Part shown: in pieces, positions 20,255 through 30,137 of the stretch
Numbering within the stretch: position 1 is the first letter of the stretch
How the letters are laid out: each line of letters starts with the position of its first letter
Origin: an uncultured Acidobacteriota bacterium
Lineage (GTDB): Bacteria > Acidobacteriota > Vicinamibacteria > Fen-336
Reading direction: 5' to 3'
Assembly (NCBI GenBank): GCA_963720545.1
Contig: OY970399.1
Coordinates: forward strand, 832,001-896,000
Length of the DNA: 64,000 nt
The notes under the pieces: model-generated
Told to the model about the DNA's origin: nothing
The model's input: only the letters and a program-made list of their open reading frames with translations
Database searches by the model: none
Translations under genes and position numbers: made by a program

Positions 20255-21775
20255 ATGACGCTGCAGCTACCAGCGCAGTCTCGTTTTTATCCTGCCATGG
20301 AACTTCCCCGGCTCATTGAATTGCTCGAACTGGCGCCGGACGCGACTGTTGTCGTCGATCGCGCTGGCCGGATCGTGCGCATCAATGGAACGGCCGAGCG
20401 CTTGCTCGGCTACCACAATGGCGAGCTCGGCGGGCAGCCGATCGAGATTCTGGTGCCAGGTCGGCTCAAGGAGGCTCACCGCTCCCATCGCAACGCGTAT
20501 CTCGCGTCTCCGGAAGTACGTTCGATGGGTGCCGCGCTCGATCTGCACTGCCGCCGCAAGGACGGCAGCGAGTTCCCAACGGACATTAGCCTCAGCCCGC
20601 TGGAGACCACGGAGGGCCCGCTTGTAATCGCTGCCATACGCGACACCACCGAGCGCCGACGTCTCGAACGAGCACTGCACCTAAGTACAGAACGCTTCCG
20701 GTTGCTGGTCGATTCAGTGGAGGAGTACGCGATCTTCATGCTTGATCGAGAAGGCCGCGTCGCCACCTGGAACCGCGGCGCCCAGCGGATCAAAGGCTAC
20801 GCGGCGCAGGAGATCATTGGCCAACCGTTCGCCATCTTCCATGCGCAGGAAGACATTGCTCTCGGTAAACCGCGTAAGGCTCTCGCGTACGCGGCGGAAC
20901 ATGGCGAGTTTCGCGAAGAGGCTTGGCGCGTACGCAAGGATGGCTCGCGATTCCGCGCGGACGTGACGATCACGCGACTGTCCGACGAACGGGGCACGTT
21001 GCTGGGGTATGCCAAGGTGACACGCGACGTCAGCGCGCGCACTCGTGCCGAGGATGAGCGTCGTCGGGCGGTGGAGGCGCGCGAGGAGATCCTGGCACTC
21101 GTCGCTCATGACCTGCAGAACGCCGTCAACGCGTTGGTCCTCAACGCCGAAGTGATAACGCGTACCTCGCCTGTGACCGCCACCGAGACGGCGATGCAAG
21201 CCGCGGGAGTCACCGTGGCACGGTCGGCCGAAGGCATGAAGCGCCTGATCCGCGACCTCCTGGATGTGCAGCAGATAGAGCTTGGCAGTTTCACGATCGA
21301 GCCTCGGACCGAGCCGGTGGCAGGCTTGGCGGAAGCCGCAATCGAGCCGCTCCTTATCGTGGCGCACGAGCGTTCCATTCGGCTAGTCCTCGAGCTCGAT
21401 CCGGACGTGCCTCTTGTTTCCTGTGACGCCGAGCGTGTGGTGCAGGTGCTCCACAATTTGATTGGCAACGCCATCAAATTTGCGGACGAGGGCGGGGTGG
21501 TGACGCTGTGCACGGCTACTTCGCCCGCCGGTGTTCGTTTCAGCGTCTCGGATGGCGGTCCAGGTATGGCGCCCGAAGAACTGCCATTTGTTTTCGATCG
21601 GTCCTGGCGAGCTCCTCAAAACAAGCTGCAGCGCGGCTCCGGCCTGGGGTTGTTCATCGTGAAGACCATTGTCGAGGCCCACGGTGGCCGCGTTTGGGTT
21701 GAGAGCCAACTCGGCGGCGGCACGACATTCTTCTTCACGCTCCCAGTCGCGAGCTCAACGTCCCGGCTTCCGTAA
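20255..21775 (+). CDS. Cytoplasmic PAS-PAS sensor histidine kinase
   Basis: Two PAS/PAC domains (RKDGSEFP, RKDGSRF), VAHDLQN H-box, NLIGNAIKF, DGGPG, GSGLGL. Confidence 0.94.
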   Translation: MTLQLPAQSRFYPAMELPRLIELLELAPDATVVVDRAGRIVRINGTAERLLGYHNGELGGQPIEILVPGRLKEAHRSHRNAYLASPEVRSMGAALDLHCRRKDGSEFPTDISLSPLETTEGPLVIAAIRDTTERRRLERALHLSTERFRLLVDSVEEYAIFMLDREGRVATWNRGAQRIKGYAAQEIIGQPFAIFHAQEDIALGKPRKALAYAAEHGEFREEAWRVRKDGSRFRADVTITRLSDERGTLLGYAKVTRDVSARTRAEDERRRAVEAREEILALVAHDLQNAVNALVLNAEVITRTSPVTATETAMQAAGVTVARSAEGMKRLIRDLLDVQQIELGSFTIEPRTEPVAGLAEAAIEPLLIVAHERSIRLVLELDPDVPLVSCDAERVVQVLHNLIGNAIKFADEGGVVTLCTATSPAGVRFSVSDGGPGMAPEELPFVFDRSWRAPQNKLQRGSGLGLFIVKTIVEAHGGRVWVESQLGGGTTFFFTLPVASSTSRLP

Positions 21776-21790
21776 TCACCGCGACGGCCA

Positions 21791-21892
21791 CGCACATTCT
21801 GCGCCGCCCTTGTTGCCGGACGGCAACACTTGCGTTCAAACCGACTTGCTGTGCCATATAGGCGGTGTTTTGGACCGGGCACGTCGGTTGCA
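21791..21892 (+). promoter_or_regulatory. Sigma54 promoter with paired upstream activator sites
   Basis: CGCAcattcTGCG 21791-21803, GGCAacactTGCG 21822-21834, GGGCAC-N5-TTGC 21877-21891. Confidence 0.78.
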
Positions 21893-21914
21893 AACGCAGG
21901 TGCCGGAGGTTGCA

Positions 21915-22913
21915 ATGCAGGGTGCCAGTATCCATGTCCAGCACATCGTCTGCCCCACCGATTTCTCAGCGATGTCCGAGAATGCGCTCCGACACGCCAT
22001 TGCCATGGCGCGCGTCCTTGGCGCCGGAATCACAATCCTGCACGTCCTGCCACCAGAAGCAGGTCCGTATGCCACGGCGGTGTTGCCCTACCTCCTACCC
22101 GAGGAACTCACCGATCCCGAAGCGCGGCACACGGCGCTCGCCGCGCTCGAACGTTTTGCGCAGCCGGCGCTCGACGCCCACATTCCCACGGTCCTCGATG
22201 TGCGCGTGGGCGATGCATGGCGGGGTATCACGGCGGCTGCTCGCGAACAGCATGCCGGGCTCATCGTGATGGGCACACGAGGCATTTCAGGCGCCCGCCG
22301 GCTCCTGACTGGCTCTGTGACGGACAAGGTGTTGCGCCACTTGCCGTGCGCCGTCATGACCGTATGCCACGAAGAGGGTCGCTCCTGGTCGGCTCCGGAG
22401 TTGATCCAACACATCGTGTGCGCGACCGATCTTGGGGAGACCTCCGATGCGCCCGTGGCTTTTGCCGCTCTGCTTGCTGGTATTCGCCACGCCGAACTCA
22501 CCGTCCTGCATGTGGTCGGGGAAGAGCTGAATCCCAGTGTCGCTCAGCATCCGTGGGCGCCCGAGTTCGGGCCGATCGCCGACTATGCCGGGCCCGCGCT
22601 ACTCGAGAGTTTCCACGACGCAATCGCCGCAAGCGATGCAGCGGAACACACGCACAGCAAGGTGGCTTGCGGCGTCATTCACGACGAGATCTTGCGCGTC
22701 GCGGCCGCAGAGCGTGCTGACCTCATCGTTATCGGCACACACGTTCGCGGCCCGTTAGGCCGCACTATCCTCGGCGCCACATGCGATCGAGTGGTTCGCG
22801 AGGCCACCTGTCCGGTGCTCGTTGTGCCGATGCGGAAGCGTTCAGAAACGACGCGTCATGCAGAGCCAACCGGTATGGTCCTCAGCGGCACGCGCCGCAG
22901 CCAAGAACGGTAG
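21915..22913 (+). CDS. Tandem-domain universal stress protein (paralog of 4685-5659)
   Basis: IVCPTDFS, VMGTRG...GSVTDKVLR, CHEEGRSWSAP linker; GGAGG RBS before ATG 21915. Confidence 0.92.
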   Translation: MQGASIHVQHIVCPTDFSAMSENALRHAIAMARVLGAGITILHVLPPEAGPYATAVLPYLLPEELTDPEARHTALAALERFAQPALDAHIPTVLDVRVGDAWRGITAAAREQHAGLIVMGTRGISGARRLLTGSVTDKVLRHLPCAVMTVCHEEGRSWSAPELIQHIVCATDLGETSDAPVAFAALLAGIRHAELTVLHVVGEELNPSVAQHPWAPEFGPIADYAGPALLESFHDAIAASDAAEHTHSKVACGVIHDEILRVAAAERADLIVIGTHVRGPLGRTILGATCDRVVREATCPVLVVPMRKRSETTRHAEPTGMVLSGTRRSQER

Positions 22914-23777
22914 ATGCTTCGGTTGCTCTGGTACTTCGCCGCCGTCGTTGCCCTTAGCGCCGTCGCGGTTGTCATTGCTTCCGGCACCGATCGGTTGAGG
23001 AAACGCGTAGCGTCTGAAACAAGCGCGCTCTGGTCGGGCATTGGAGGAATGGGAGACGTCGATCGCGAGGCACTTGACTCGCTGCCAGTGCCTGCGAGGG
23101 CGTATCTGACCAAGGCACTTGGGCGCAGGCGCCGGGCGGTGCAAGCCGTACGCTTCCGCCACAGCGGACGTTTTCGCACCTCATTGACCGGACCGTGGCG
23201 GAAGATCCGGGGCGTGCAGTACGAGGGCGCTAACCCGCCGGGATTCGTATGGTGGGGGCGGCTGAAGCTCTTTCCCGGACTGTGGGTCGATGCGCGCGAC
23301 CGCTCGCAAAACGGCACCGGCGGAATGCTGATCGTGGCCGAAGCGCTGATGCCGGTTGTGAATCGCCTCGGCCCGGAGCTGGATCAGGGAGCAATGTTGC
23401 GACTGCTCTCCGACTTCGTCTTGTTTCCCACGGCACTGCTTGACACGCGCCACGTGTCCTGGACCCCGATCGACAATTCGACCGCACAGATTACTCTCAC
23501 GATTGGCGAATGCAGTGTAAGCGGAGTCTTCACTTTCGGCGCCGACGCTCTTCCCACGCGATTTTCGGCATATCGCTACTTCGACGACGGCAAGAACTTG
23601 CCAACGCTGCTTGCTTGGTCCGGCGAATACTTGGACTATCGCGAAGTCGATGACGGCATGCTGGTACCCTTCCGTTATCTCGGCTACTGGCACAAGGACG
23701 GCAAGGCCGTGCCGTATGTCGACTTCATCCTGGAACGGCCGGAGTACGATAAGCCGCAACCCTACGGCGCTCCATGA
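22914..23777 (+). CDS. Membrane-anchored conserved hypothetical protein (DUF6544-like)
   Basis: N-terminal TM; LPVPARAYL, PGFVWWG, ELDQGAMLRLL...FPTALL, DGMLVP pattern. Confidence 0.7.
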   Translation: MLRLLWYFAAVVALSAVAVVIASGTDRLRKRVASETSALWSGIGGMGDVDREALDSLPVPARAYLTKALGRRRRAVQAVRFRHSGRFRTSLTGPWRKIRGVQYEGANPPGFVWWGRLKLFPGLWVDARDRSQNGTGGMLIVAEALMPVVNRLGPELDQGAMLRLLSDFVLFPTALLDTRHVSWTPIDNSTAQITLTIGECSVSGVFTFGADALPTRFSAYRYFDDGKNLPTLLAWSGEYLDYREVDDGMLVPFRYLGYWHKDGKAVPYVDFILERPEYDKPQPYGAP

Positions 23778-26116
23778 CGAATTTTGCCTCCCTAGACGCC
23801 TACATTCGCGCGGCCAACTTCATAACCGTTGGCCAGATCTATCTGCTCGATAACCCTCTACTGCGCGAGCCGCTCCGGCCGGAACACGTCAAGTCGCGGC
23901 TCCTTGGCCACTGGGGAACTTCGCCGGGAATAAACCTCATTTACGCCCACCTCAACAGGGCGATCATCCGCGATGACTTGAACGTGCTGTTCATGGCCGG
24001 GCCCGGGCACGGTGGTCCCGCGGTCGTCGCGAACGCATATCTGGAAGGCACATACTCCGAGGTCTTTCCGGCTGTCGCCCAGGATGCGGCTGGCTTACGC
24101 GCGCTTTTTCGCCAGTTCTCGACGCCTGGAGGAATACCGAGCCACGCCGGCCCGACGACCCCGGGCTCCATTCACGAAGGCGGCGAATTGGGTTATGTCC
24201 TCACCCATGCTTTTGGCGCTGCTTTTGACAATCCAGACCTGATCGTCGCCGCCGTGATTGGCGACGGCGAAGCAGAAACCGGGCCGCTTGAGGGGTCGTG
24301 GAAAGGCATCAGCTTTCTCAATCCTTGTCGGGATGGTGCCGTATTACCCATCCTTCACCTGAACGGATACAAGATCGCCGGCCCGACGGTTCTCGGGCGC
24401 TCCTGCGATGCGGACATCGCGAGTCTGCTCGCCGGTCATGGCTACAAGGCACATTTTGTCGCTGGCCATGAGCCGATGGCTGTACACGCGGACCTCGCCC
24501 ACACACTGGACGAGTGTCTTGCCGAGATTCGCGCGATCCAGGACGAAGCACGCGCCGCCGGACACGTGAACACTCGGCCGCGGTGGCCGGCCCTGGTTCT
24601 GCGTACGCCCAAGGGCTGGACCGGCCCGCAACAGGTTGATGGTCTGCAGATCGAGGGGACGTTTCGAGCGCACCAGGTGCCAGTTGACCAGGTACGCACC
24701 AACCCCGGCCATCTGGCCGAACTCGAACGCTGGCTTCGCAGCTACCGGCCAGAGGAACTTTTCGACGCCTCCGGCGCGCTCAACCCGGCGCTCAGTGTGG
24801 TCTTGCCTAGAGGCGAAAGGCGCATGAGCGCGAACCCGCATGCCAACGGCGGAAGGCGTTGCACGCCTCTGATGTTGCCGGATGTCGCGGCGTATTCGCT
24901 GGCAGTGCCTCTTCCCGGTCAGGTTGTCGCCGAATCAACGCGACAGCTCGGTTTGTTGTTGCGTGATACGTATCGCGACAACCCCCACACTTTCCGCCTC
25001 TTCTGTCCCGACGAGACTAATTCCAACCGATTGGGCGGTGTGTTTGAGTCGGAGGCCCGTTGTCTGGTCGCTTCTCCGCACGCCGAAGACGATCACGTGT
25101 CGGCGCACGGCCGCGTAATGGAGGTCCTGAGCGAACATAACTGCCAAGGCTGGCTCGAGGGGTACGTTCTCACCGGTCGTCACGGCCTGTTCGCAACCTA
25201 CGAGGCGTTCGCGCTGATCGTGGCGTCGATGGCGACACAGCACGCCAAGTGGCTTGAGGCGTGCGCCGAACTCGACTGGCGTGCGCCGGTCCCGTCGCTC
25301 AACTACCTGCTCACTTCGACCTGCTGGCGCAACGACCACAATGGCTTCAGCCATCAGGGGCCCGGCTTCATGGACACAGTGCTCACCAAGCAGGGACAGG
25401 TCGCGCGTGTGTACCTGGCGCCCGATGCCAACTGCCTGCTGTCGGTGGCCGATCACTGCCTGCGCAGCCGAAACTACGTCAACTTGATCATCATCGACAA
25501 ACAACCGCAGTTGCAGTGGCTCGATCCTGCCGCGGCGGCCGCTCACTGCGCCCGCGGTGCGTCTATATGGGACTGGGCTGGCACCGAGTCGGATCAGCCA
25601 CCGGATGTCGTCCTTGCGTGCGCCGGCGACACCGCAACCCTCGAAACAATCGCAGCGGCGGAATGGCTCCGCAGCCGCGCGCCGACGCTGCGGGTTCGCG
25701 TGGTCAACGTCGTCAACTTGATGACGCTGGCAAGCCCGGACATCCACCCCCATGGGCTGAGTGAGCCGCGCTTCGTGGAGCTGTTCGGGCGGGACCGCCC
25801 GGTGATATTCGCCTTCCACGGCTACCCGGGAGCGGTGCATCAGCTCCTGCACGGCCGACCGCATCCACAGCGATTCCACGTTCGCGGCTACAAGGAACGA
25901 GGCACGACCACGACGCCATTCGACATGGTCGTGCTAAACGAGACGAGCCGTTTCCATCTCGCCATTGAAGCGTTGCGTCGTGCGGCCCAGCGACCAGAGG
26001 GGGCGTCGTTGTTGATCGAGGAGTGCCGCGCCGCGCTTCGCGAGCATCACGCTTACGTCCGGGAGCACTTCGAGGACATGCCGTCGATACGCAATTTCAG
26101 GTGGCATGGCCGCTGA
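23774..26116 (+). CDS. xfp: Xylulose-5-P/fructose-6-P phosphoketolase
   Basis: RLLGHWGTSPG, GSIHEGGELGY, GDGEAETGPL, LSEHNCQGWLEGY, DHNGFSHQGPG. Confidence 0.97.
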   Translation: MTNFASLDAYIRAANFITVGQIYLLDNPLLREPLRPEHVKSRLLGHWGTSPGINLIYAHLNRAIIRDDLNVLFMAGPGHGGPAVVANAYLEGTYSEVFPAVAQDAAGLRALFRQFSTPGGIPSHAGPTTPGSIHEGGELGYVLTHAFGAAFDNPDLIVAAVIGDGEAETGPLEGSWKGISFLNPCRDGAVLPILHLNGYKIAGPTVLGRSCDADIASLLAGHGYKAHFVAGHEPMAVHADLAHTLDECLAEIRAIQDEARAAGHVNTRPRWPALVLRTPKGWTGPQQVDGLQIEGTFRAHQVPVDQVRTNPGHLAELERWLRSYRPEELFDASGALNPALSVVLPRGERRMSANPHANGGRRCTPLMLPDVAAYSLAVPLPGQVVAESTRQLGLLLRDTYRDNPHTFRLFCPDETNSNRLGGVFESEARCLVASPHAEDDHVSAHGRVMEVLSEHNCQGWLEGYVLTGRHGLFATYEAFALIVASMATQHAKWLEACAELDWRAPVPSLNYLLTSTCWRNDHNGFSHQGPGFMDTVLTKQGQVARVYLAPDANCLLSVADHCLRSRNYVNLIIIDKQPQLQWLDPAAAAAHCARGASIWDWAGTESDQPPDVVLACAGDTATLETIAAAEWLRSRAPTLRVRVVNVVNLMTLASPDIHPHGLSEPRFVELFGRDRPVIFAFHGYPGAVHQLLHGRPHPQRFHVRGYKERGTTTTPFDMVVLNETSRFHLAIEALRRAAQRPEGASLLIEECRAALREHHAYVREHFEDMPSIRNFRWHGR

Positions 26117-27228
26117 TGGCGTCCCCAACAGAGACTGTGCTGTGTCTCAATGCTGGCTCGTCTTCGCTGAAGTACGCTGCCTTTGTCGTAACACCGGCCG
26201 GCGCACCGACACGGCTCTGTAGCAGCGTCCTGGAAGGGTTCAGCGCCGAGACAGCAGACGACTGCTTTTCTGAGGTGTTCGAGACGCTAGAGCGGACCGG
26301 CGTTCAACCAACGCTGGTCGGCCATCGCGTGGTTCATGGCGGAATGCATTATTCCGAGCCCCAGCGAATGGACGCGACTGTACTCACCCAGTTGCAAGCA
26401 CTCGTGCCACTCGCCCCCCTGCATTTGCCGCTCGCCCTGGCGGGAATTGAAGTTGTGCAGCAGCGCCTGCCCATGATTGCGCAAGTGGCCTGCTTCGATA
26501 CCGCGTTCCATCACGGCATGCCGGAGTTGGCGTGTCGGTACACGTTTCCTCCTCCATTTCACGAACAGGGCGTGCGCCGGTATGGGTTTCACGGGTTGTC
26601 GTATGAGTCTCTCCTCGAATCGATAGGGCATCCACCGCCGGAGCGCATCGTAGCTGCCCATCTTGGCAGCGGTATGAGCCTCGCCGCGATAAAGCATGGG
26701 CGCTGCGTCGATACCACAATGGGGTTCACTCCAAGCGGCGGCGTCATGATGGGAACGCGCACCGGCGATCTTGATCCGGGCGTGCTGCTCTACTTGATGA
26801 GGGTGAAGGGCCTGGGTCCCGACGAATTGGAGCAACTCGTCGATCATCGTTCGGGCCTGCGGGGTTTGGCGGGAACGTCGGACATGAAGGCACTCATCGC
26901 GCGTTCAGCTACCGACCCCAGCGCGCGCTTGGCGATCACCATGCTCGCATACTCAATTCGCAAGACGATTGGCGCCTATGCCGCGGTACTCGGCGGTATC
27001 GACCTCCTGGTCTTTACCGGCGGCGTCGGCGAACATGCTCCGCCGGTCCGGGCGGCTGCCTGCGATGGGCTGGACGTAATAGGGATTCGCATCGATCCCG
27101 AGCGCAATGAGGAGAATGCCGGAGCGATCCAGGCGACGGACAGTCGTTGTGGTGTCCTCGTCATTCCAACGGATGAGGCGCAAGTGATCGCTGCTCACAC
27201 CTGGCGCGTCACGCGCCAGGTGCCATAA
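26116..27228 (+). CDS. ackA: Acetate/propionate kinase
   Basis: LNAGSSSLK, GHRVVHGG, FDTAFH, YGFHGLSY, HLGSG, GTRTGDLDP, FTGGVGE. Confidence 0.96.
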   Translation: MASPTETVLCLNAGSSSLKYAAFVVTPAGAPTRLCSSVLEGFSAETADDCFSEVFETLERTGVQPTLVGHRVVHGGMHYSEPQRMDATVLTQLQALVPLAPLHLPLALAGIEVVQQRLPMIAQVACFDTAFHHGMPELACRYTFPPPFHEQGVRRYGFHGLSYESLLESIGHPPPERIVAAHLGSGMSLAAIKHGRCVDTTMGFTPSGGVMMGTRTGDLDPGVLLYLMRVKGLGPDELEQLVDHRSGLRGLAGTSDMKALIARSATDPSARLAITMLAYSIRKTIGAYAAVLGGIDLLVFTGGVGEHAPPVRAAACDGLDVIGIRIDPERNEENAGAIQATDSRCGVLVIPTDEAQVIAAHTWRVTRQVP

Positions 27229-27545
27229 TGACAGGCGACGATCGGCAATCCCCTCGCGGCACCGCTGGTGCACGGCTCGCGACCTCAGGGTTTGGTTGGG
27301 TCGTCGGTCTCGCCGCGCTTGTCACGGTCTTCTGGGTAGTGATCCACCGCGCGGAGGGCTGGCGGTTCGCAACGCTCGCCGCAGGTATTCGGCCCGCATG
27401 GCTCATGGTCGCGATGCTCCTGCAGGCCAGCACCTACCTGGCACAGGGTGCAGTCTGGCGTCATGTGCTGCGCCGCGCCGGCGCGCCGCGGTCACTGGGC
27501 CAGAGCGTCCGTCTCAGCGTCGCCAAACTCTTCGAGACCAGGTAG
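27228..27545 (+). pseudogene. Truncated lysylphosphatidylglycerol-synthase-TM/flippase-like membrane fragment
   Basis: Hydrophobic PAWLMVAMLLQASTYLAQGAVWRHVL...SVAKLF; only 105 aa; same frame as the downstream ATPase. Confidence 0.5.
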
Positions 27546-27551
27546 CGGCAC

Positions 27552-30101
27552 TTGAACGAGAGACCGACCGTCGAACTAACCGCCAACGGTAGCGAACAGT
27601 ACTGGACCAGGACGCCCCCTGAGCTCGCTGAACTTCTTCAAACAGATGTCAATGGGCTCCGCACCGACGAAGCGTCGCGTCGCCTCGAGGTTTACGGCTA
27701 CAACGAACTGTCGAAAGAGCGTGGTTCATCAGCGACAACGATGCTGTTTAAGCAATTTCGTAGTCCATTGGTGCTGCTGCTTCTCTTTGCCGCATGCGTC
27801 TCAATGTTGTCCGGCGAGTGGATCGATGCCGGGATCGTTATAGCCATCGTGTTGGCCTCGGTGGCTATCGGGACATTTCAAGAATATAAGGCGCTCTTGT
27901 CGATCGCCAAGCTTCGCAGCAGGCTGCGGATCAATGCGACGGCTTTTCGGGATGGTGCGGCATGCCCGGTGCCCAGCCGTAGCCTGGTCCCCGGCGACGT
28001 CGTGCTGCTGTCGGCCGGAACCTTGGTCCCTGCCGACGGGATTCTTCTTAGCGCGACAGACTTGTGTGTGAACGAAGCGGTGTTGACCGGCGAGAGTTTC
28101 CCTGTCACGAAGCATGCCGGCGTAGCACCAGCCGACGCGACACTTCCGGGTCGATTCAACTGCGTCTTCATGGGGACAAATGTTCGCAGCGGTTTTGCGC
28201 GCTGCCTGGTGCTGCACACCGGGATGAGGACTCACTACGGGGCGATTGCAGGCACCCTCGCAGGTCGAACGCCTGAGACCGACTTCGACCGCGGGATTCG
28301 GCATTTCGGCAACCTGCTCGTCCGCACGATGCTCGTGATGGTCGGTCTCGTATTCGTCGTAAACGTGGTTGCACATCGGCCTGCAATAGAGACTCTCCTG
28401 TTCTCCCTCGCGCTTGCTGTTGGGCTGAGTCCCGAGCTATTACCAGCCATCCTGACGATCAATCTGGCTCATGGAGCAGAACGGATGGCGAGGAACGGCG
28501 TCCTGGTACGTCACTTACATGCCATTGAAAACCTGGGCAGCATGGACGTCCTGTGCACTGACAAGACCGGTACCCTCACCGAGGGCACGGTGCGGCTCAA
28601 AGGCGCCTTCGACTCCCTGGGGCAGCCGTCTTCCACCGTTCTCGAGCTGGCATCTGTCAACGCGGGCTTGCAGGCTGGCCTGGCGAACCCGCTCGATCAG
28701 GCGATCCTTGAGGCTCGCCCGCTTGGAACGGTCCCGGAGAAACTGGGCGAGATTCCTTACGACTTCGAACGCAAGCGCCTCAGTGTGGTGGTGGGTAAGG
28801 GCGTAGAAGCAACGATGGTGAGCAAGGGGGCCGTTTCCCTCATTCTCGATGTGTGCACTCGAACGGCAGAAAACGAACCGTTGGATGCAAATCATAGGAG
28901 CGCGCTTGAAAGCCGCTTTCAGGCTTGGGCGGAGCAAGGAGTACGCGTGTTGGCGCTCGCAACGCGTACGCTCGAGCGGCGCCCTTCGTATTCGCCGGCG
29001 GATGAACGCGACCTGACTTTTCAAGGCTTTCTGACGTTCTTCGATCCTCCGAAGGCGGGTGTCGCCAAAACTCTCAGAGATCTCTGTTCGTTGGGCGTTG
29101 ACGTAAAGCTGATCACCGGTGATACCGGGCTGGTTGCCCTACACGTCGCGACCGCTGTCGGCATGCGAGTGGCGCGATCGCTGGACGGCAAAGCCATCGA
29201 CGCGCTGGACGAACAGGAGCTGCAAGATGTTGCGCAAACGACTGATCTATTCGTCGAGGTCGATCCCAATCAGAAGGAAAGGATCGTCCGTGCGCTTCGT
29301 CGGTCCAAACACGTAGTCGGCTTCATGGGCGATGGCATCAACGATGCACCGGCAATGCATGCGGCGGATACCAGCCTGTCAGTCGACGATGCCGTCGACG
29401 TTGCCAAAGAAGCAGCCGACTTTGTTCTGCTCGAACGCGACCTCGATGTGATACGCGCGGGCATCGAAGAAGGTCGGCGTACATTCGCCAATACGATGAA
29501 GTACGTGCTCACGACCACAAGTGCCAATCTTGGCAACATGATCAGCATGGCTGTCGCGTCAGTCTTCCTTCCATTCCTGCCGCTGCTGGCCAGTCAGATT
29601 CTGTTGAACAACTTTCTCTCTGATATCCCTGCAATCGGGCTTGCCGGCGACAATGTCGACCGCGAGCAAGTCGAGCGGCCGCAACGATGGAACATGCGCT
29701 TCATCTTGCGGTTCATGCTTGTGTTTGGGACGGTGAGCTCATTGTTCGACTTCGTGACCTTTTGGGTGCTGCTCACGATATTCACGTCCGGTGCGGCGTT
29801 ATTCCGGACCGGTTGGTTTGTTGAATCATTGCTCACGGAACTGCTCGTCGCGCTGGTTGTACGGACGCAGCGGAGCTTCTTGCACAGTCGCCCCGGCAAG
29901 CTATTGATGATCGCCACCGGCGTGGTGATGCTTCTCACGTTTCTCATTCCCTATTCACCGATAGCCAACCGCCTTGGCTTCGTTCCTCTTCCGGGCGTCT
30001 TGATGCTGACTATTGCGGCGATCGCCCTGGCCTACGTTTGTCTCGCTGAAATCACTAAACGCTTCTTCTATAGAGGCAATGTGGCTGACGCTTGGGTCTG
30101 A
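27552..30101 (+). CDS. mgtA: Mg2+-translocating P-type ATPase (MgtA-like)
   Basis: LTGES, AVGLSPELLP, DKTGTLT, GDGINDAP, SANLGN, QILLNNFLSD, FRTGWFVESL. Confidence 0.9.
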   Translation: MNERPTVELTANGSEQYWTRTPPELAELLQTDVNGLRTDEASRRLEVYGYNELSKERGSSATTMLFKQFRSPLVLLLLFAACVSMLSGEWIDAGIVIAIVLASVAIGTFQEYKALLSIAKLRSRLRINATAFRDGAACPVPSRSLVPGDVVLLSAGTLVPADGILLSATDLCVNEAVLTGESFPVTKHAGVAPADATLPGRFNCVFMGTNVRSGFARCLVLHTGMRTHYGAIAGTLAGRTPETDFDRGIRHFGNLLVRTMLVMVGLVFVVNVVAHRPAIETLLFSLALAVGLSPELLPAILTINLAHGAERMARNGVLVRHLHAIENLGSMDVLCTDKTGTLTEGTVRLKGAFDSLGQPSSTVLELASVNAGLQAGLANPLDQAILEARPLGTVPEKLGEIPYDFERKRLSVVVGKGVEATMVSKGAVSLILDVCTRTAENEPLDANHRSALESRFQAWAEQGVRVLALATRTLERRPSYSPADERDLTFQGFLTFFDPPKAGVAKTLRDLCSLGVDVKLITGDTGLVALHVATAVGMRVARSLDGKAIDALDEQELQDVAQTTDLFVEVDPNQKERIVRALRRSKHVVGFMGDGINDAPAMHAADTSLSVDDAVDVAKEAADFVLLERDLDVIRAGIEEGRRTFANTMKYVLTTTSANLGNMISMAVASVFLPFLPLLASQILLNNFLSDIPAIGLAGDNVDREQVERPQRWNMRFILRFMLVFGTVSSLFDFVTFWVLLTIFTSGAALFRTGWFVESLLTELLVALVVRTQRSFLHSRPGKLLMIATGVVMLLTFLIPYSPIANRLGFVPLPGVLMLTIAAIALAYVCLAEITKRFFYRGNVADAWV

Positions 30102-30137
30102 AGGCAGACGACACACTTCGCCACGAGCGTATGCGAG

